This document shows, one piece after another, positions 15,915 to 29,998 of a stretch of DNA of 64,000 bases. The DNA is taken from assembly GCA_964016885.1 (NCBI GenBank), contig OZ024752.1, forward strand, positions 3,906,001 through 3,970,000. Reading direction: 5' to 3'. The stretch comes from Eledone cirrhosa (Eukaryota). Each line of letters starts with the position of its first letter. The first letter of the stretch is position 1. The notes beneath the pieces are model-generated. The model was not told the origin of the DNA and searched no databases. It saw only the letters and a list, made by a program, of their open reading frames with translations. The translations under genes and the position numbers were made by a program.

Positions 15915-16312
15915 GTGTGTGTTAATTTCTGTCTATTTGATTGTGTGGTGTTTGTTTGTTAACCTAAAACTCAAAAACTACCAAACAGATCTTGATGAAC
16001 CTTGACATGTGTGTGGTGCTCTTGCCCATTTGATTTCTTACGTATATTTCATTTTAATCAAACTGTTCCCCGGGAGCTCAAACCCCCGCTGAAAATCTTT
16101 TTTTCTTTGACTTATATGAAATTTAAACCATATGTAAATTACAAGATATGATGCCTATAGAAAATTTCAGCAAATTTCAATAATATTAACAAATCCTGAT
16201 GGGGGTTAATGCCCCTATAGAGGAAATATCGGCCAATAAATGGAACAAGATTTCACAAAATCCTCCTATGGTTTTGGAGATAGACTCCCATAAACATATA
16301 TATTCAGAAACT

Positions 16313-16392
<80 letters not shown>

Positions 16393-16396
16393 TATT

Positions 16397-16672
16397 TATT
16401 AAAATAACAGATTAAAGTTTAAGCAAAGAATCGCTGCTTTCACCCTTAACGGGATCTTCTGAAACAAAAAAAAAATCATTTTTTTCTTTCTTTTTTGTTT
16501 AGCTTCAGAAGATCCCGTTAAGGCTGAAAACAACTATTCTTTGCTTAAACTTTAATATGTTATTTTAATAAATATTTGCTCTAGGGTTCTTATATATTTG
16601 ATATATATTTATCCTTATCAAGCCCTGTTTGGATTTTAGTCGTCACATTTATTATTATTATATATTTATTAT

Positions 16673-16717
<45 letters not shown>

Positions 16718-16852
16718 GTAATAATAATAAATGTGAAGACTAAAATCCAAAGAGAGCTCGATAAGGATAAATATATATCAAATATATTATTTGATATATA
16801 TTTATATATATGATATATATAAATATATATCAAATCCGTTATTTTAATAAAT
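16397..16852. mobile_element. Family B short repeat, three alternately oriented pieces
   Basis: AGAAGATCCCGTTAAGG.TGAAA..TTCTTTGCTTAAACTTTAAT in -, +, - orientation. Also at 34745-35043 and 55135-55215. Confidence 0.75.
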
Positions 16853-16865
16853 ATATATATATATA

Positions 16866-16965
16866 TGGTGTCGCAAACACATGTATATAGACTTTGATTA
16901 CCTGTACAAGAAATATTTTTTAGGATGCTGTTGAAGTGTGTATACATTTTTTGGGACACCCTGTA
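16866..16965. mobile_element. ~100-bp Tc1/mariner-type MITE
   Basis: TIR CAGGGTGTCCCAAAA flanked by TA. Left TIR decayed. Confidence 0.7.
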
Positions 16966-17061
16966 TATATATATAATTACTAAAGTGCCGTTTAGTGAGA
17001 TAGAACGCACGATCACATCTTGCGACGGGATCTTCTTAACCATACTGCTATATCTTTATAT

Positions 17062-17164
17062 ACAGTGTGTCCCAAAATAATGTTTACACACTTTGACTAC
17101 CTGTACAGGCAATATTTATTAGAATGAACATCCTCTGTGTATACACTTTTGTGGGGGGACACTG
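17062..17164. mobile_element. ~100-bp Tc1/mariner-type MITE
   Basis: TA-CAGTGTGTCCCAAAA ... GGGGGGACACTG-TA. Confidence 0.8.
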
Positions 17165-17662
17165 TATATGTAAAATACATTTTCTTCTATAATAGAAAAA
17201 AAACCTAACCATTTGGCTTTAGTCAATTCTCTAGTACTCTGCATCAATTCATACCTGCAGCATGCATCGGCAAGTATATGCTGCACTCTTCTATATTTCA
17301 AGTTATTTGCCAATATTCAAGCTGCACTTATCTCCCAACACATCGATGAAAACTAAAATCTGTTGCATTGGATAATCGATGATCTTGTCGCTGTAGTCGT
17401 CATCACTGGCGTCCATTTTTGTTATTGATGTTTTTGTTATTGTTGTATCGAAAACAGTAGCTTCTTTTTTACCAGCCTCCACCATCACCACCGTTGGTAA
17501 CAATCTACAGTTGCTTCCACAAATTGTGCGAATACCTGGAACAAGCAAAACATGAAAATATATTACATCCAATACCAGCGAAACCAATGTCAGTACTACC
17601 ATGTCCTATGTGACCGCAGGAATCGTTAACAGCTACATCATGGTCAGCCGTTGTAAGAAATA

Positions 17663-18220
17663 TTACTGCAATGAGTGGCGCGTTTGCATTAACTGTAAGA
17701 ATAGTTGAGCAAGTGTTTCTCTAGACGAAATATTTATATATCTAAGAGGGGCGAAATTTCTCGGAGAGTGTAATGATGAATGTTCCATAATAACCATTCT
17801 ATAAGAATTTTTAAATGAAATGACTATGAGAATCGTGATATACAGGTGCGTGGCCACCAAGGGCCGGGGAATTGAAATGGCCATACAGTCGCGTATGGAG
17901 ATATGTCTTAGAGAGATATGAAACAATTGAAGATATGTGACAATAGAGGTGACATTCGCTCCTAAAATCATGAAAATAAGTACGTCTTCGTCCTGTACAT
18001 GATTCAGAAAGTTACTTCCACCTTGATACACATGGTTGAAGGAGAAGTTGGAAGATGTTCCACTGGAATTGAATATCTGGATACCAACAGTGCTGCTAAG
18101 AAAACTAGTCTGACCTTGACATCGGTACTTTGATCTAACTAATTCTACATGGCAAATCGGTGGCTCATTAACAGCATTGAAAGGGCTGCCTTTGCATATG
18201 CGGCTGTTTACAGGCTGACT
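17663..18220 (-). other. 185-codon non-repetitive open frame after a splice-acceptor-like site (possible exon or pseudogene)
   Basis: CTCTATTTTCTAG followed by SQPVNSRICKGSPFNAVNEPPICHVELVRSKYRCQGQ..FNHVYQGGSNFLNHVQDEDVLIFMILG. No confident homology. Confidence 0.25.
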
Positions 18221-18905
18221 CTAGAAAATAGAGACGCCAAAATCGTAAACGCTTTAATTGTTAGAACTAATGGACAACTGCAATGTCACTTTACCCATAT
18301 ACTGACATTGAGTGTGAGTAGACGATAAGAAAGGCGCAAATTTATTGTAATTCTCTTTATTAAAGGACAACAATCGGATATACACTGATTTGATTTCCTA
18401 ATCCTTCCATTGTTGAATTGGACAAACCACGACGGCTCACTAAGTATGTATCTACAAATGATATGTATTTAACCAATGCATGAAAATACTGTAGTGTGTA
18501 CATAATTCTGACTATTCGACTCCACAGACCAAAGTTTAGTGCTATGCACTGTCAATTTATAGAAGACGCATCGCCAGTGACAGAAATCTGATTGCTTCTT
18601 ACTTAACACGGAACGCCAACTGCATTACAATTGGTGAATTAGTTATAAACTATTTTCAATGATAATTGGTTTGTATCGCTAAAGAGAGCCATTTAGTAGA
18701 TGGAAAGGATAGAGCATGGCTTTTGTGATTCGAGTAGTAATCTGTCAGTAAGTCCTTTTTCGTTTCCCTCCCAAACATTCTCTTCATTTAACGATGACTG
18801 ACAAGCGTCCTAAACGTTAAGATTCTCTTCCAACTGCATCAAGCATTTAACCAAAACACCATCCTTGTATTGTACAATACTGTATTGTTTTTTTGTCGAT
18901 ATATA

Positions 18906-18992
<87 letters not shown>

Positions 18993-18995
<3 letters not shown>

Positions 18996-19060
18996 AGTAT
19001 GTATACGTACATACATATATGTATACAGACGTACAGTAGCATGTATATATATATACATAC

Positions 19061-19128
<68 letters not shown>

Positions 19129-19688
19129 GTATGGGTTTACCGAACATTTATTATAATGTTCGGTTTGTTTGTAGACAAACAGCCCAAATTAAGCCGTACA
19201 GTGTTCGGCAACCATCGTTGCCCTTTTGTTCAACACTGACAAAGGAACGATGAACTAGTTTCAAGCTTATTAGCTATCGTCAGCACCATATACCTTCCTG
19301 TCAGATGATTGAACGTTTGAAAGTATATACTTTCCTTATGCATATTAACGGCTAAGCAGCCTAATTTGCATATCGAGTGAGTTAGTCGGCCGGGCATACC
19401 GAAAACGATAAATGGAAAAGATCTAACTCACTCGATATGCAAATTAGGCTGCTCAGTCGTTAATATGCATAAGGAAAGTATATTACAAATAAACCGAACA
19501 TTATAATAAATGTTCGGTAAACCCATATGTACATATACATATGTGTGCATGTATGTATATATATATATACATACTACTGTACGTCTGTATACATATATGT
19601 ACATATACATACTTATATTTAAATATACATACTTATATTTAAATATCAGCCGTACTAAGAGTGTGAAATGAAATTTCATTTTTTCCAT

Positions 19689-19690
<2 letters not shown>
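18993..19690. mobile_element. Family C HHR element with nested inverted repeats
   Basis: 18993-19173 is inverted at 19483-19616 and 19321-19385 is inverted at 19422-19482. Forward copy at 32803-33115. Confidence 0.8.
19247..19289 (-). ncRNA. Minimal type I hammerhead ribozyme (family C)
   Basis: ATGGTG-CTGACGA-TAGCT-AATA-AGCTT-GAAA-CTAG-TT/CATCGT. Confidence 0.8.
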
Positions 19691-19720
<30 letters not shown>

Positions 19721-19747
19721 TCATATATGTACATATATAAATATATA

Positions 19748-19841
19748 CAGGATGTCCCAAAAATTGTATACACACTTTACCTGTACAAGCAATATTTATT
19801 AGAATATTGTTGAAGTGTGTATACGTTTTTGGGATACCCTG
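19748..19841. mobile_element. Tc1/mariner-type MITE copy
   Basis: CAGGATGTCCCAAAAA ... TTTTTGGGATACCCTG. Further copies at ~32706-32781 and ~59500-59576. Confidence 0.8.
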
Positions 19842-19843
19842 TG

Positions 19844-19874
<31 letters not shown>

Positions 19875-20743
19875 TATGTATCGAGGATTTAGTTGAAAAC
19901 CCTTGCTCAATGTGCCGTGTTGTAGGATTTAACCCCCATACACACTAATATGAGATTAGCTAGTTTAACTACGCGACCAAGCAGGCATTCATTTATGTTT
20001 GAGAAAAAAGAAGGAACACTGAAAGTTAACATTTTTTTTGTGAGACGAAATGCAAACAGAAATAGAGATTACAAACAAGAAAATACCAAAAAGAGCGATG
20101 GGTGTGAATGGAGGGTACATAGAATATAGGAAAAAAATGCATGTAAAAATTGCATAACAAAGGCCTCCCGAACAAAGAGAAAGAATAACTTTAAAGAGAC
20201 GAAGAAATGGGATCTCGCTGAGAAAAGAAACAAAACGTTAACGAAAACAATATGAGGCAGTAATTGTTGAGAAAAAAAATACTACTTGCCTGTTGCTGCG
20301 TGGTTTTATGGAACGAATTGGGAACCGTACCAAACCTTGTCTTTCTGTGATCTCAGTAGGTATAATAATAACAACAACAATAATAATAATAACAACAACA
20401 ACAACAACAGCAAAACGATCAAAAAACAAAGGTAGAGGTAAAAAAAATAAATGAAGGATATAGTTAAACAGATAGAAAAAGTTGAGGTTTATCTAGAAAG
20501 GTAGAAAGGAATGAAAGAAAGGGTGAAAGAGAGTGACATGGATCTTTTGATATATTTTCGTATTTGCCCTATACTCCCTCATTCAAGGTGTGTATATGTA
20601 TTAATGTTTACTGGGTAATCTCTATTTTATAAAACCCTTGCCAGAATTTTCTGACATTATCTTTAGTAAAATATATGCATACACAAACAAATACGCACAC
20701 ATACACATACACACATTCATACACACACGTTACAGACACACAC

Positions 20744-20850
<107 letters not shown>

Positions 20851-20984
20851 TATATACACATTTCGTATATTTGTCCTTGTATAATACTTAATATGCGTGT
20901 GTATGTATATATTTGCGTGTATATTTACGGTTGCACACTTCTACGCATATATAATTATTAATATTTATAAAGTATATATATATA

Positions 20985-21042
<58 letters not shown>

Positions 21043-21100
21043 CATATATATATATATACATGTGTTTGTGTGTGAATGCGTTGTATATATATGTATAGGT

Positions 21101-21139
<39 letters not shown>

Positions 21140-21995
21140 CTACATATATACACAGACATGCACATACGCGTCGCACAAACAACAAACTGCCACCATAACA
21201 GCCAATAATATAAAACAAGAGGAGTTATGTTGCTGTTGTCGCAGTGGCGATGCTTGGTTTGCATTTTACACCAGAACAATGTAATTCTTTTGTTGTCAGG
21301 CACAATGGGGAACAGGCTTTTCCATTGAGTGTGGAATACCAGAAGATTGTTTGCAGCAGTATTTCAATGGTGTTACCTTCATAACGACCATGACAACAAA
21401 TAGCATTGATCGTTCCTGTCTTGGAGAATATAACAACAATGATTAAATGGACACCATAAAGTTAATTACCTATGGTAACCGTGGCAACTTTTCTACAAAG
21501 AACTTAGAATAGATTCCTCGGGAAAGAAAAAACAAAAAAAAGACATGTAAAAGGGAGCGAGAGAGAGAGAGAGCAAGTATGTGCTGTGTGTTTTCATGTA
21601 CGTGTATGTATGCCCAGATGTGTGTATACGTGTGTGTACGCGCATGTGTGTGCGTGTCAGTGTGTGTGTGTGTCAGTGTGCGTGTATGTGTGTTCATGTG
21701 TGCTCATCGAGTCGGTTCGGGTTCGGGTCGGGTCGTACGGGTTGACGGGTTGTAGGCCAGGAACAGAACGTAGCGAAGTAAATGGAGCCGGAGAGGTGGT
21801 GTGTAGTGTATGTGTATGTGTTAAAAGATGGGGAGTTGGAGAGTGAAGGAGGGTGGGGTTGAGAGAAAGAAAGAGAGTATGTTGGTGTGATGGAGAGAGA
21901 GAGGGAGACAGAGAGAGGAGGGGGGGATGTTGTGTAAGTATAGAAGACTTGTAGTCAGAGGGGGAGAGAGCTAGAGACGGTGCTAGGTCTGGAGT

Positions 21996-22079
<84 letters not shown>

Positions 22080-22575
22080 GGTGAAATATAAAGAAACACA
22101 GAGAAAATATGCATGTAAGAAAGAGAGAGAGATGGAACGAGGGCGTAAGTGTGTGTACATGTGGATGTACCCTTAAGTAGGATCGGAGATGTGGAATAAT
22201 ATAGAGAAAGAGGGTTGAGTGAGATAAAGAAAGAAATACTGAGAATGATGGCAGGGAGGGACATGGAAAGAGACAAAGAGATGAAGGGAGATATGAAAAT
22301 ATAAATACATAGAGAGGTTGAATGGGAGGATGGACTGAGTAGGGGTTGACAATGTGATATTACAAAAAGAGAAATGGCATGTATGACACATGGAGAGGAA
22401 GATAGAGTGAGATAGAGAGAGAGAGAGAGAAAGAAAGAGAGTAGGGTAGAATAAAACGAGACTCCTTTATATTCATTTATCGACATCTGCATAAACACAC
22501 ACTCATACATACACACAAACCCACACAAATACAAAAACCTACACACACGAACCCGCACACATGAGCACACAGACG

Positions 22576-22617
<42 letters not shown>

Positions 22618-23786
22618 CAAATCCAGCCGAGGTTAACTTTGCCTTTCATCCTTACGGGGTCGATAAAATGAAGTACCAGTAATGTACTGGGTAATTGCTG
22701 GCCTTGTGCCAAAAGTAGAAACAATTATATATATATATATACACACAGACACATATAAATGGTGAGATTCTTTTCACACTTACTTGATAAGGGTTTATAA
22801 TTCTCAAAATCTATTCTTTATTCATATGTAAACACCGTTAGAAATTAAACTACATCTCAGGAGGAGAATATCTCCGATTAGGTACTTATATATATATATA
22901 ACCTTCACTTGGTTTGTAACAACCCAGCAAACCCACGCCAGTATGTGAAGGTGAACATAAAATGATGATAAGAATCATGCAGTACAATAGGAACTCACAA
23001 CATACACACAATTCAATTGCCTTACTAAATTTTCTTTCAAATAAAGTCTATTTTTACAATTGACGATAGAATTTTCTGAAAATATCATTACGTTCACATG
23101 ATAACTGTACACCAGTTCTACATCCCAGACATGTGATTGGTCAATGGAAATTTAAGACGTTTTATTAGGCAAGGTGCATTTATTATACTCGACGTGACAC
23201 AAAATATATGTTGGTGGGGTTACGAGATATACTCCTTAATATGTAAGAAAAGATCTGGAGAGATTTCACAATAATAACATTCCAATCACCGTCAACACCC
23301 TTGAACAGAAAACTGGGTATTATGGTAAGACCTTTCTTATTAAATAAAGACCTCAATCAACCAAAGACAAACATAATGCAACCCAAATTCGCTAAATGAG
23401 CCCTACTAATAAGCGCATGGCATCCCCACCACCCGTGCAACTTCCTCTTACATCTCAGCAGATTAAACTTAAGGTCAATTTTTAGTTTACTTGAGGAAGC
23501 TGTAAAGCTGTAATATAGTAACAACAACAAAATAAGTGAAGGTTTTTACTTTCGTCTATTTTTATTTTCAGTTTCACTAAATCTGCATTGTAGTAGCTTT
23601 CTAAGCCCCTTTTAGATATATGAGTGAGTGTGTATATAGATTTATATATATATAATATAACAATGATAGTGAGATCGAAGTTGCAGCTACGACTAGCATC
23701 TTTTGAGAGAATAATCTTCAGAAGCTGGGACAAGCACTCAATGAGTTGATATCGATAAATCTATAATTTAAAGCTCAGAGTAATAA

Positions 23787-23837
<51 letters not shown>

Positions 23838-24069
23838 AATATAAATTAGCGAGAATCGCATTTCGGCTAGTGGAAATTAGCGAAAAACAACTTCCGAATT
23901 GTGTGGCAAGCGCTCGATAGATACGAGTGAACTAGAGCAATAAATATACATTCAAAAGGCCAAACACACTGAGACGATGGTTAAACCATTAACCGCAAAG
24001 CCAAAGGGGCGAGCAAGCTATTCGGGTCAAACAAATAATAATATATGATTGAAAAATTTATATATATAT

Positions 24070-24201
24070 ATCATTTCTGAAGACAGCATATATATGTGAA
24101 GGTATGTATATTTCCTCTGATAGTTTGTAATATTTTTGCATAGATCTATATGATATACATACCAACACACATATAAATCCTAGAAACGATCGTAAAATGA
24201 T
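24070..24201 (+). ncRNA. Type I hammerhead ribozyme with ~99-nt stem II insert
   Basis: ATCATTT-CTGAAGA-(TATATGTG..GGTATGTATAT/ATATACATACC..CACATATA)-GAAA-CGATCG-TA/AAATGAT. 7-bp stem I. Confidence 0.75.
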
Positions 24202-24372
24202 GTGTTTTTATTTCACTGATTTTATTAATTTATCTTGACTCTGTCTTTCCTATGATTTTCATCGAAAATTTTTGAATGCATCTTCTCTTGTCGTGATATT
24301 TGGATTACATTGATTCTTCATACGGATTGGATACTACCTTGTATTTTGGTAGATTTATCTATATATATATAA

Positions 24373-24455
<83 letters not shown>

Positions 24456-24601
24456 GAGAGAGAGATTTTGAGTATATGTTGGTTGTATGATTCCAGTTCC
24501 TCAGTGAAATAACAACCCAACCAGGAACTGAGCATATCAGAGTATTGACAATATTATACACTTCAACAACATATGTACTTGTCTATACCACACTAATTCG
24601 G

Positions 24602-24656
24602 ACTGCCTGAAGAGGTCACAGCCAAAGATGGCTGTCACTGAAATATATATAGCAGT
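24602..24656 (+). ncRNA. Minimal type I hammerhead ribozyme
   Basis: ACTGC-CTGAAGA-GGTCACAGCC-AAAGAT-GGCTGTCACT-GAAA-TATATA-TA/GCAGT, immediately followed by AATAAA. Confidence 0.85.
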
Positions 24657-24706
24657 AATAAACGAAGCTAAATTTTAAACATTTGACTTTTTATTTAACT
24701 TTATTT

Positions 24707-25203
<497 letters not shown>

Positions 25204-25314
25204 CTTAAAATAATACATACATATATATATATATATATAGATATATATATATGAGAGAGGGAGATAAACGCAAGAAATAGATTACCAAGGTTTAACAGTT
25301 AATACATTATTTAT

Positions 25315-25385
25315 TTGATTTACATATGTTTCATTCTCGAAAGGGTGTTGTTTTCAATAACTTGTTAGACAAATCATCAGATCAA
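25315..25385 (-). ncRNA. Degenerate hammerhead ribozyme
   Basis: TTGAT-CTGATGA-(weak stem II)-GAAA-CATATG-TA-A/ATCAA, followed by AATAAA. Confidence 0.5.
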
Positions 25386-25599
25386 TTATATACAATATAT
25401 AAAGGGTAATTATATACCGACTATGTGTGCGTCACCCTGATTGAAGCGTCAAAAATGAGTGTTAGAAGTGCAGGAATTATCAACTTATATAATTTTCCTT
25501 ATATACATAGATACATACATACATATATATATAAGGAATTTATATCTAGTAACATTTATATACACACAGATGCATATCTGGAGACTTACACGGAAAAAG

Positions 25600-25682
25600 A
25601 CTTTCCTGATGACGGAATGATTTTCTATATGTTTCTTCGGAAAATATATTTACTCCATTCCAGAAACTAATTAGTTGGAAGT
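25600..25682 (+). ncRNA. Type I hammerhead ribozyme with long stem II
   Basis: ACTTTC-CTGATGA-C-GGAATG...CATTCC-A-GAAA-CTAATTAG-TT/GGAAGT. Confidence 0.75.
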
Positions 25683-25727
25683 GATTTTTTAGTAAGTAAG
25701 TTAATTTTATAATTTTCTTATTTTACG

Positions 25728-25797
<70 letters not shown>

Positions 25798-25864
25798 GAA
25801 GTATTTCCGAAACCACTGGTAAATGAATTAATTATCTCATGTTGTTTATTACATAACTATATAC

Positions 25865-25903
<39 letters not shown>

Positions 25904-26934
25904 ATTTTTACTCCAATAATTTGTTGAGTGCTTTATATCAGTTATACAAATATTTGCTTGTTGTATCCCAACAAATTAAATATAACTTCTACATATATAT
26001 ATATATGTGTGTGTGTGTGTGTTTATGTGTGTGTATGTGTGTGCGTGTGTGTGTGTGTGTATATATATATATATGTGTGTATACTGTATTGTGTAAAATA
26101 TATGGTAAACTGGCGTATAAGTTCCGTAGTACTCAGACTTTCCCTAAGCGAATTGATTTTGCCTCGTTCTTCAGCCAAAAACATAGTATATTTACATCTA
26201 TGATTACAAGTCCGCCTGCTTGAATCGAACTCACACTTGCTCAATGTCATAAGCTCGTTTACTATTAAACAAAGCAAGGCTGAACGCTTACACGTAATTT
26301 TTAAACCCTATCTATATTTAATGATTTGATTATGGATATCAACTCTTATTGTAGTTAACTGCATTGTGGCGAATCGATATTCAAATATATATATGTGTGC
26401 GTGGTTGTTTGTGTGTGTGTGTGTGCATATATATATGTATATTTATATAATGTTCATATGAAAGAGGAAGCAAGGATAAAAATAGCAACATAAATAAAAA
26501 GACCAACAAAAAAAAAATATTAAACAAATATGAACAGCAGCAGCTCGAGAGACAATAATAAACAAGAGGTGAAATATTAGATAAGGAAGAAAGGTGGTTG
26601 CTGCTGAATGAGAGAACTGATAAAAAAAAAAAAACTTAACAAAAAAAATGTATAATGAAAAAAAAAAGCAAGTAAAAATCAAAGAATGAGTTCCATAGGC
26701 AATGGAGCAAAACAGCCAGAGAATCAAACAGTCAGCCAACCAAACAGCCAATCAAATAGTTGGCCATCCTGACAGCTAGTTGGACAGCCAGCCACTCAAG
26801 CATGATGGCTCTATTGACTTGCAGTAGTTATTTTTGGCTTGCTCCCTGCGCTTTTTTCACATCCATAAAGACTTACAAAATCTATATGTACAAACACATA
26901 CACATACAAATAAGCACACACACACATACACACA

Positions 26935-26998
<64 letters not shown>

Positions 26999-27260
26999 CA
27001 AGGTCTAGCAAATAGAGAAAATGTTTTATATATATATGTGTGTGTGTGTGTGCTTATTTGTATGTGTATGTGTTTGTACATATATATATATATGTGTGTG
27101 TATGTTTGTGTGAGTCTGTGCATGCGTGCACGAGTGTATTTTTTTTATACATATATGTATATATGTGCTTATATATATATATCCATGTGTGTGTATATGC
27201 ATGTATACATATATATATATATGTGTGTGTGTATATGCATGTATATATGTATGTATATAT

Positions 27261-27336
<76 letters not shown>

Positions 27337-27869
27337 ATATATATATATTATACGAGGTATCTCTGTTCCCGTGGGAAGTAATGACGTTAGTGATAGAAAT
27401 ATGTGTAGATTGGAGCTGCATATATTCTGACGCATATCTGGTTTTGCCAAGTTCTCTAGATGCATAAGTTGCTCCCTGGCCACCATCGTGAGATGTATAG
27501 TACAGCTTGTCACATTTCTATTTCACCGGATACTCCAATAAGTGTCTGGAGATAAGACATGTGTGCTCGGGTATGGCTCAAAATCCGAAGCTTAATCATC
27601 TCAATAGAAGTATCCTACGGCGCCAAGTCTATTCCAAATTTGAAAGTAGTGATAACGTCACTTACTTAGTATCGGCAAAATCAAAGGAGAGTAATCGAGG
27701 GTAGTACCGTTTTGCACTTATAAGCGGTTGTCAAGACTACATACCGTCTCTCATTAACGTACAGAGCTGTTGACGGCCCAGCAAAACTTAGAAATTAGAA
27801 TTGGTGTTCTAGAGACTAAGTAGTCACTATTCTAAAATTGATAGCGAATGGTCTTCAAAGTTTTTTTTA

Positions 27870-28417
27870 TTAAACATACAGTATATTATCATATATACTA
27901 TATGTACATTCATATATACATCGCTATTTCAGAGCACCAATACTGATATATATATATATATTAGAATTGGCGCTCTGAAATAGCGATATATATATGAATG
28001 TATATATAGTGTATTTTGCAATACACTGTATGCTTAATTAAAAGCATTTCGAAGACCTTATGCTATTGTTTTAGAGTAGTGTCAGTCTCACTTACTTTAA
28101 ATTTTCAGCAAACAGGGGAGATAAAGCTGACAGAGCTATGTTTCGTACTGATTGGTACTTATCAAGGCCAAGTACTCCACCTGTTTGCTGAAAAGCATGA
28201 ATGTTTGATTCTTATGGAATTTCTAGTAATAATCAGGAACTAATTATACATGCGGTTGCCGGTCAAGCAGAAATTGAAAATTAGAATTGGCGCTCTAAAA
28301 TAGCGATATATATATGAATGTATATATAGTGTATTTTGCAATACACTGTATGCTTAATTAAAAGCATTTCTAAAACAATAGCATAAGGTCTTCGAAATGC
28401 TTTTAATTAAGCATACA
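27870..28417. repeat. Direct plus inverted repeat cluster upstream of a PLE
   Basis: 27961-28050 repeats at 28281-28370, with inverted copies at ~27876-27941 and 28371-28417. A decayed HHR-like motif (TTGATAA-GTAC..GTAC-GAAA) lies on the minus strand at 28128-28170. Confidence 0.8.
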
Positions 28418-29910
28418 TTTAGGGAATATGACAACTCAGTTAACCTTAGCAATTCTTTCGCCCCGCATGATAATGATGGTAGTAACAAGGGTAGGTATCC
28501 TTCTATTAGCAGCGGTTTACACAATAGCACCACACTAGAAACTAACTGCTGCACCAGTAGTGAGACTGACGACAGGGTTAGTAACCTTAACAACTCTAAC
28601 AACGGCTGTAGAAGCCGCTATAGCATGAGAGGTGGACATGGCACCACTTGGCGTGTTCATAGCTGTAATAAAGCCTACTACAATAATTGTAGCTATGGTG
28701 ATGGTGATAATAATATTATTACAATTAATACCAACACTCACCACCTTAGAGCTGACCGTAATAAACTTGCAATTGTCGTAACACTGCAAACTGTCCACCC
28801 CGAGGCTACTGCCTGACTAAAAACGTTATCTATAGATGTACGGTTGCTAATCATAATAGGGTTATGTCTTACATAGGAGCTACCTATGGGTCGTTCAAGA
28901 CCTGATTTCGAGCACACCTCCACTAGTTTAGGAATAAGAAGCTTAGACACTCTACCTCCACCGCTAACTATATCACCCAGTTAAATGACTCTAACATTAG
29001 CTCCACCACTTATTGGGAAATTGTGAACCAAGCAAAACCATATAATTTTTTTTAAAGCTGCCAATAATGCCTTATGGAACTATACTATATAGTGCAAGCA
29101 CCCCAGGACCTCATAAATAGTCGGGCTGAAACTGTCATCAATTGCGGCCATAGACTACAACAATCTTTCTATAGATGGACCCCGACAACCACTTAACCAC
29201 CATAACACCTGAGGCTCCCAACACCCCACCCTGGCTCGACTTACTGGCGGTGGACTTACCATTAAACAACTTGGAACAATACCATCATCCACCCACTGTT
29301 CTCCCTCCAGTGAGCTACACTGCATATATTCAGCTTGGCTTACCCCGCTATATTCTTCCATGATGCCAGACCGATCTTTGGGTAATTTTACAGAACCGCC
29401 GCTTATACCCAAGCAACTTCTTAGACAACTGATCATATAATTATACAGATTCCATCTAAAGTGACTTTACCTTTCTAGGCCTTCAAACTCACACTGGACT
29501 TGCCACTTTACTTGTGTATAGTCTTTAATGACTTTACTAATAATTTATACTCATAGACACACCTTAACACCGCCTCATTACATAACCCTACTTACGTTAA
29601 CTCCCTTTAAATAATAAATAAAATGTCTTACTATGCCGGTAGCGGTCATCAGTTTGACAAGTGACTTTACACTAGCCCCGGTAATTACATCCCTTAGCTT
29701 ACAAACACCTTTTCTCCATTTGTCTATACTTAACAACGTATATATAATATGCATTCCGAAATTAAAGTATTATTCTACCCGTATATGGTATTTAATTAAA
29801 AACTTTGCCTTAGTATCTGACGCAGACGAGCCCCATTGGGCGAAACATATGTAAGAGCTTCATACAAATATGTTTTAACGGCTTGTAACTCTTTCATTAA
29901 TCGTTTTGCT
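28418..29910 (+). mobile_element. Decayed 5'-truncated Penelope-like retroelement
   Basis: From ~28765: TCNCRNTANCPPRGYCLTKNVIYRCTV..SYIGATYGSFKT*FRAHLH*F..YWEIVNQAKPYN../..CQ*CLME..LINSRAE..CGH. Colinear with the 15032 element, with stops and a frameshift. Confidence 0.85.
29817..29858 (+). ncRNA. Disrupted hammerhead ribozyme in PLE 3' UTR
   Basis: CTGACG-CAGACGA-GCCC-CATT-GGGC-GAAA-CATATG-TA. The first core box appears duplicated or mutated. Confidence 0.55.
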
Positions 29911-29957
29911 TATATATATATATATATATACGTACACACACACATACATACATGTGC

Positions 29958-29998
<41 letters not shown>

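Noticed and set aside
20238-20429. Signal-peptide-like first exon with a GC donor
   Set aside because: The hydrophobic stretch comes from (ACA/ATA)n repeats and the start is not ATG.
23100-23400. Fourth GIY-YIG remnant (KIYVG)
   Set aside because: Only a short motif among many stops; not supportable.
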